Source: an uncultured Alphaproteobacteria bacterium (GTDB lineage Bacteria > Pseudomonadota > Alphaproteobacteria > SP197). From it: a stretch of 64,000 bases of DNA. The stretch is taken from the NCBI GenBank assembly GCA_943787175.1, contig CALSLK010000021.1:9482-73481 (forward strand), given 5' to 3'. A model generated the notes under the pieces. The model saw only the letters and a program-made list of their open reading frames with translations, ran no database searches and was not told the DNA's origin. Position numbers and translations under genes: made by a program. Every line of letters starts with the position of its first letter. Within the stretch, counting starts at the first letter, position 1. This document shows positions 61,005-64,000 of the stretch, one piece after another.

Positions 61005-61598
61005 ATGATCTATCTGGAATTCATCGATTGGAATCGCTCCATTCCAGCCGATATCTTCAGGCTTTTGAGCAAGCAGGATCAATGGGCGTCAGATCAGGAC
61101 CGCAAGGTTATCAACGTTGGTCGGCACAAGGGTATTGGCGGGCATCCCACTTACCTCTCGGGTTGGCAGATCAGGGATTTTGCACGTCTGGATGAATGGG
61201 AAAGCCATTTCAAGAGCGCTGAAGCTGCCATGGATGTCGCGGAAAAGGCGACGTTTCAGGCCATGGATTTCCGCTATTGCGGCCTCTACGACGAACTCAA
61301 GCTGACCGACTTGCCCGATGAAAACCTTCACGTCGTCGAGTATTTCAACCCGGCCCCGGACATGAACAACCAAGAATTCATGAGCGGTTTGGAACAGCGC
61401 GAGTCAATCGAAGAAGCTGGCAAGCTTGCGGTCGCCCTCCGCAGGATAGGCATGTTGGGGCCAGACCCTGCGGCAGTTGTGATTTGGAGTTTTCCTGACT
61501 TCAGCAGCATTGAAGGCTTTGCGCGTCGTCCGCCAGCGGCGGGCCAGAGGCCAGCCAGCACCGGGCTGTTCAAGAACATCGGATTCGAACTGATGTAA
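61005..61598 (+). CDS. Hypothetical protein with internal domain duplication
   Basis: 197-aa ORF filling the gap; two related W..xDF-containing halves. Confidence 0.75.
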   Translation: MIYLEFIDWNRSIPADIFRLLSKQDQWASDQDRKVINVGRHKGIGGHPTYLSGWQIRDFARLDEWESHFKSAEAAMDVAEKATFQAMDFRYCGLYDELKLTDLPDENLHVVEYFNPAPDMNNQEFMSGLEQRESIEEAGKLAVALRRIGMLGPDPAAVVIWSFPDFSSIEGFARRPPAAGQRPASTGLFKNIGFELM

Positions 61599-61610
61599 CC
61601 GGCGGCCTGG

Positions 61611-62813
61611 TCAAACCCGCTCGATCAGCGCCGAAATCCCCTGCCCCACGCCAATGCACATCGTACAGATCGCGCGTTTGCCATCCCTGCGATTCAGTTC
61701 ATGGATTGCCGTCATGGCCAGCCGCGCGCCCGATGCACCCAGAGGGTGACCAAACGCAATGGCCCCGCCGTTGGGATTGACGTGTTCGGCATCGTCTGGA
61801 AGCCCGAGGTCGCGGGTCACGGCAAGCGCTTGGGCCGCAAAGGCTTCGTTGAGTTCAATCACATCGATCCCGCCCAGTTCCAACCCCTTGCGCTCCAAAA
61901 GCTTGCGCGTTGAGGGTGCCGGGCCAATGCCCATGATGCGTGGCGGAACACCAGCCGTTGCCCCGCCCGTTACACGTGCCAGAGGTGTGAGGCCATGGGC
62001 TTTCATGGCCGCTTCCGAAGCGATCAGGAGCGCGCCCGCACCATCGTTCACACCAGACGCATTGCCCGCCGTCACGCTGCCGCCTTCGCGGAACGGTGCT
62101 TTCAGAGCTGCGAGCTTCTCAGGGGTCGTGGCGCGGGGGTGTTCATCGCGCTCGACGACAATGGCATCGCCCCGTCGTTGGGGAATGGTCACCGGGATCA
62201 ATTCTGCATCGAGCTTGCCTGCTTCCATCGCAGCAGCAGCCCTCTGCTGACTGCGGAAAGCAAAAGCATCCTGATCCTCACGGCTGATCTGGCGCTCCGC
62301 TGCCAGGTTTTCTGCCGTCTCGGGCATCTGATCAACGCCGTACAGTTCCTTCATCGCAGGATTGATGAAGCGCCAGCCAATCGTCGTGTCATGGATCTCC
62401 GCATTGCGGGAAAACGCAGACGTGGCCTTGGGCATGACAAAGGGCGAGCGAGACATGCTTTCCACACCGCCAGCGATGACCAGATCGGCCTCGTCCGTTC
62501 GGATCAGCCGTGACGCCTGCAGGATCGCCTCGAGGCCGGATCCACACAGTCGGTTTACCGTGACGCCGGAGACCGCAACGGGAAGGCCCGCCAACAGGCT
62601 CGCCATGCGCGCAACGTTTCGGTTGTCTTCACCGGCCTGATTGACGTTGCCATAGATCACATCATCAACAGCGCCCCAGTCAACGCCGCCATTGCGGTCC
62701 ATCAGGGCAACAAGCGGCAACGCGGCAAGGTCATCAGTGCGGACCGAAGACAAGGCCCCACCAAACCGACCGAACGGCGTTCTGACGGCATCACAGATAA
62801 AGGCTTCGCGCAT
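61611..62813 (-). CDS. pcaF: 3-oxoadipyl-CoA thiolase
   Basis: NQAGEDNRNVARM, NRLCGSG, HDTTIGWRF, NEAFA, GHPLGASG, CIGVGQG. Confidence 0.94.
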   Translation of the reverse strand: MREAFICDAVRTPFGRFGGALSSVRTDDLAALPLVALMDRNGGVDWGAVDDVIYGNVNQAGEDNRNVARMASLLAGLPVAVSGVTVNRLCGSGLEAILQASRLIRTDEADLVIAGGVESMSRSPFVMPKATSAFSRNAEIHDTTIGWRFINPAMKELYGVDQMPETAENLAAERQISREDQDAFAFRSQQRAAAAMEAGKLDAELIPVTIPQRRGDAIVVERDEHPRATTPEKLAALKAPFREGGSVTAGNASGVNDGAGALLIASEAAMKAHGLTPLARVTGGATAGVPPRIMGIGPAPSTRKLLERKGLELGGIDVIELNEAFAAQALAVTRDLGLPDDAEHVNPNGGAIAFGHPLGASGARLAMTAIHELNRRDGKRAICTMCIGVGQGISALIERV

Positions 62814-62884
62814 GAGGTGCTCCAGCTTGGGATTTGATGCTAGTTATCGACCAACACTGCAACGCAGACAAGAAAGGGAACACC

Positions 62885-63640
62885 ATGACGGATCGCACGG
62901 TGCTGGTGACAGGTGGGGCTCAGGGGATCGGGCGCGCTACCGTGGCAGCCTGCCTAGACAAGGGCTGGAACGCAGTTGCAATGGATGTGGATGCCGAAGC
63001 CCTGAATGCGCTTGACCAGGAACTCGACCACCATGGTCGGCTACTCTGCATCGAAGGGCCCAACCACGATGAACCTGGCGTGCGCGATGCCGTTACAAGA
63101 TCGGTCGAGACCTTTGGCGGCCTTACGGGCCTGGTTAACAACGCCGGGTTCAGCCGCAACATGCCTCTCGAAGAACTCTCCCTTGAGGATTGGAGCGCGG
63201 TCATCGCGACCAACCTGACCGGAGGCTTCCTGTGCGCAAAACACGCCGCACCGCATCTGCGCAAGGCCAAGGGGGCTATCGTCAACCTGGCTTCAACGCG
63301 TGCCTTTATGTCCGAAGCCGATACAGAGGCTTACTCTGCTTCTAAGGGCGGCGTCTTCGGCCTCACCCACGCGCTTGCCGCCAGCCTGGCTCCCGATGTG
63401 CGCGTCAACGCCATCAGCCCCGGCTGGATCGCAACCCAGGCATGGCAGAAACCAGCCACGCGGCAAGAGCCTGAACTATCCCCGGAAGATCACGGCCAGC
63501 ATTGGTCAGGCCGCGTCGGCGCACCGCCTGACGTTGCATCCATGGCCGTTTATCTGTTGTCGGATGAGGCTGGTTTCATCACCGGCGCCAACATGGTGAT
63601 TGACGGCGGCATGACCCGAAAGATGATCTACACCCACTAG
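62885..63640 (+). CDS. SDR family oxidoreductase
   Basis: TGGAQGIG, NNAG, ASTRA..SE, YSASK, SPGWI, DGGMTRKMIY. Confidence 0.93.
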   Translation: MTDRTVLVTGGAQGIGRATVAACLDKGWNAVAMDVDAEALNALDQELDHHGRLLCIEGPNHDEPGVRDAVTRSVETFGGLTGLVNNAGFSRNMPLEELSLEDWSAVIATNLTGGFLCAKHAAPHLRKAKGAIVNLASTRAFMSEADTEAYSASKGGVFGLTHALAASLAPDVRVNAISPGWIATQAWQKPATRQEPELSPEDHGQHWSGRVGAPPDVASMAVYLLSDEAGFITGANMVIDGGMTRKMIYTH

Positions 63641-63643
63641 ATG

Positions 63644-63832
63644 CTATTCAGACCGCGACAGGCACGATCGTGCGCGTGGCGAATAGGTCGTTGTGGTTGC
63701 CGTATCAAAAGCGCAGCGGTTTTCCCGATAGACCTCGCGACCTTCGGCAGAAAACGCATTGACCGAAGGAAGCGGCTGGCAGGCGCCCAGGGTCAGCGCG
63801 GCTAACGTGAGAATCGAGAGTTTAGCGAACAT
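63644..63832 (-). CDS. Small putative lipoprotein
   Basis: MFAKLSILTLAALTLGAC lipobox; start overlaps the stop of the upstream SDR. Confidence 0.55.
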   Translation of the reverse strand: MFAKLSILTLAALTLGACQPLPSVNAFSAEGREVYRENRCAFDTATTTTYSPRARSCLSRSE

Positions 63833-64000
63833 AGGATGCACCGTTGATGTCGATGGTTGTGCCCGTGGCGTGGCGGGCCAACCCGCTGGCAAGGAATGCG
63901 ATGGTATTGCCGACATCGCTGGCCGGCGCAATCTCTCCGAGCGGAATGTCAGCTGCCATCTCGTCCAGACCATCCTGAGCAATGATTCGATCAACCATCT
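63822..64000 (-). CDS. SDR family oxidoreductase, C-terminal fragment (runs off window)
   Basis: ...IPLGEIAPASDVGNTIAFLASGLARHATGTTIDINGASYVR*. Confidence 0.85.
   Translation of the reverse strand, partial: MVDRIIAQDGLDEMAADIPLGEIAPASDVGNTIAFLASGLARHATGTTIDINGASYVR

Noticed and set aside
1-64000. CRISPR arrays, transposases, integrases, prophage genes, rRNA, riboswitches
   Set aside because: No regularly spaced repeats or recognisable motifs seen by eye; a covariance-model scan would be needed to exclude small structured RNAs.

Overview
A 64-kb alphaproteobacterial (Rhodospirillales-like) chromosomal segment of moderately high GC. The first ~20 kb is conserved housekeeping: tig start, tRNA-Leu, mcd, nnrDE, photolyase, Crp/Fnr, tRNA-Pro, merR-ihfA-fabH-plsX-rpmF-yceD, bamE, hppA, thiL-nusB-rib-nrdR-glyA-rpiB, mucR. 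Next come a Liv-type ABC transporter, a three-gene islet beside tRNA-Arg(TCT) bounded by a 13-bp repeat of the tRNA 3' end, an MrpA-less Mrp antiporter operon, and a cox/xdh-type cluster that lacks the large subunit and is interrupted by ydbH-ynbE-ydbL. The right end is accessory and rich in indels (52-58 kb). The standout feature is a tightly coupled three-gene RNA-modification operon at 56.9-59.5 kb. It encodes an atypical RsmI, a TGT-like transglycosylase that has lost all four zinc ligands and has an altered base pocket, and an intact ArmA/Rmt/Sgm-family 16S rRNA m7G1405 (aminoglycoside-resistance-type) methyltransferase. All calls come from motif recognition by eye; no database searches were run. 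Several frameshifts, including one in ribD, are probably sequencing or assembly errors.
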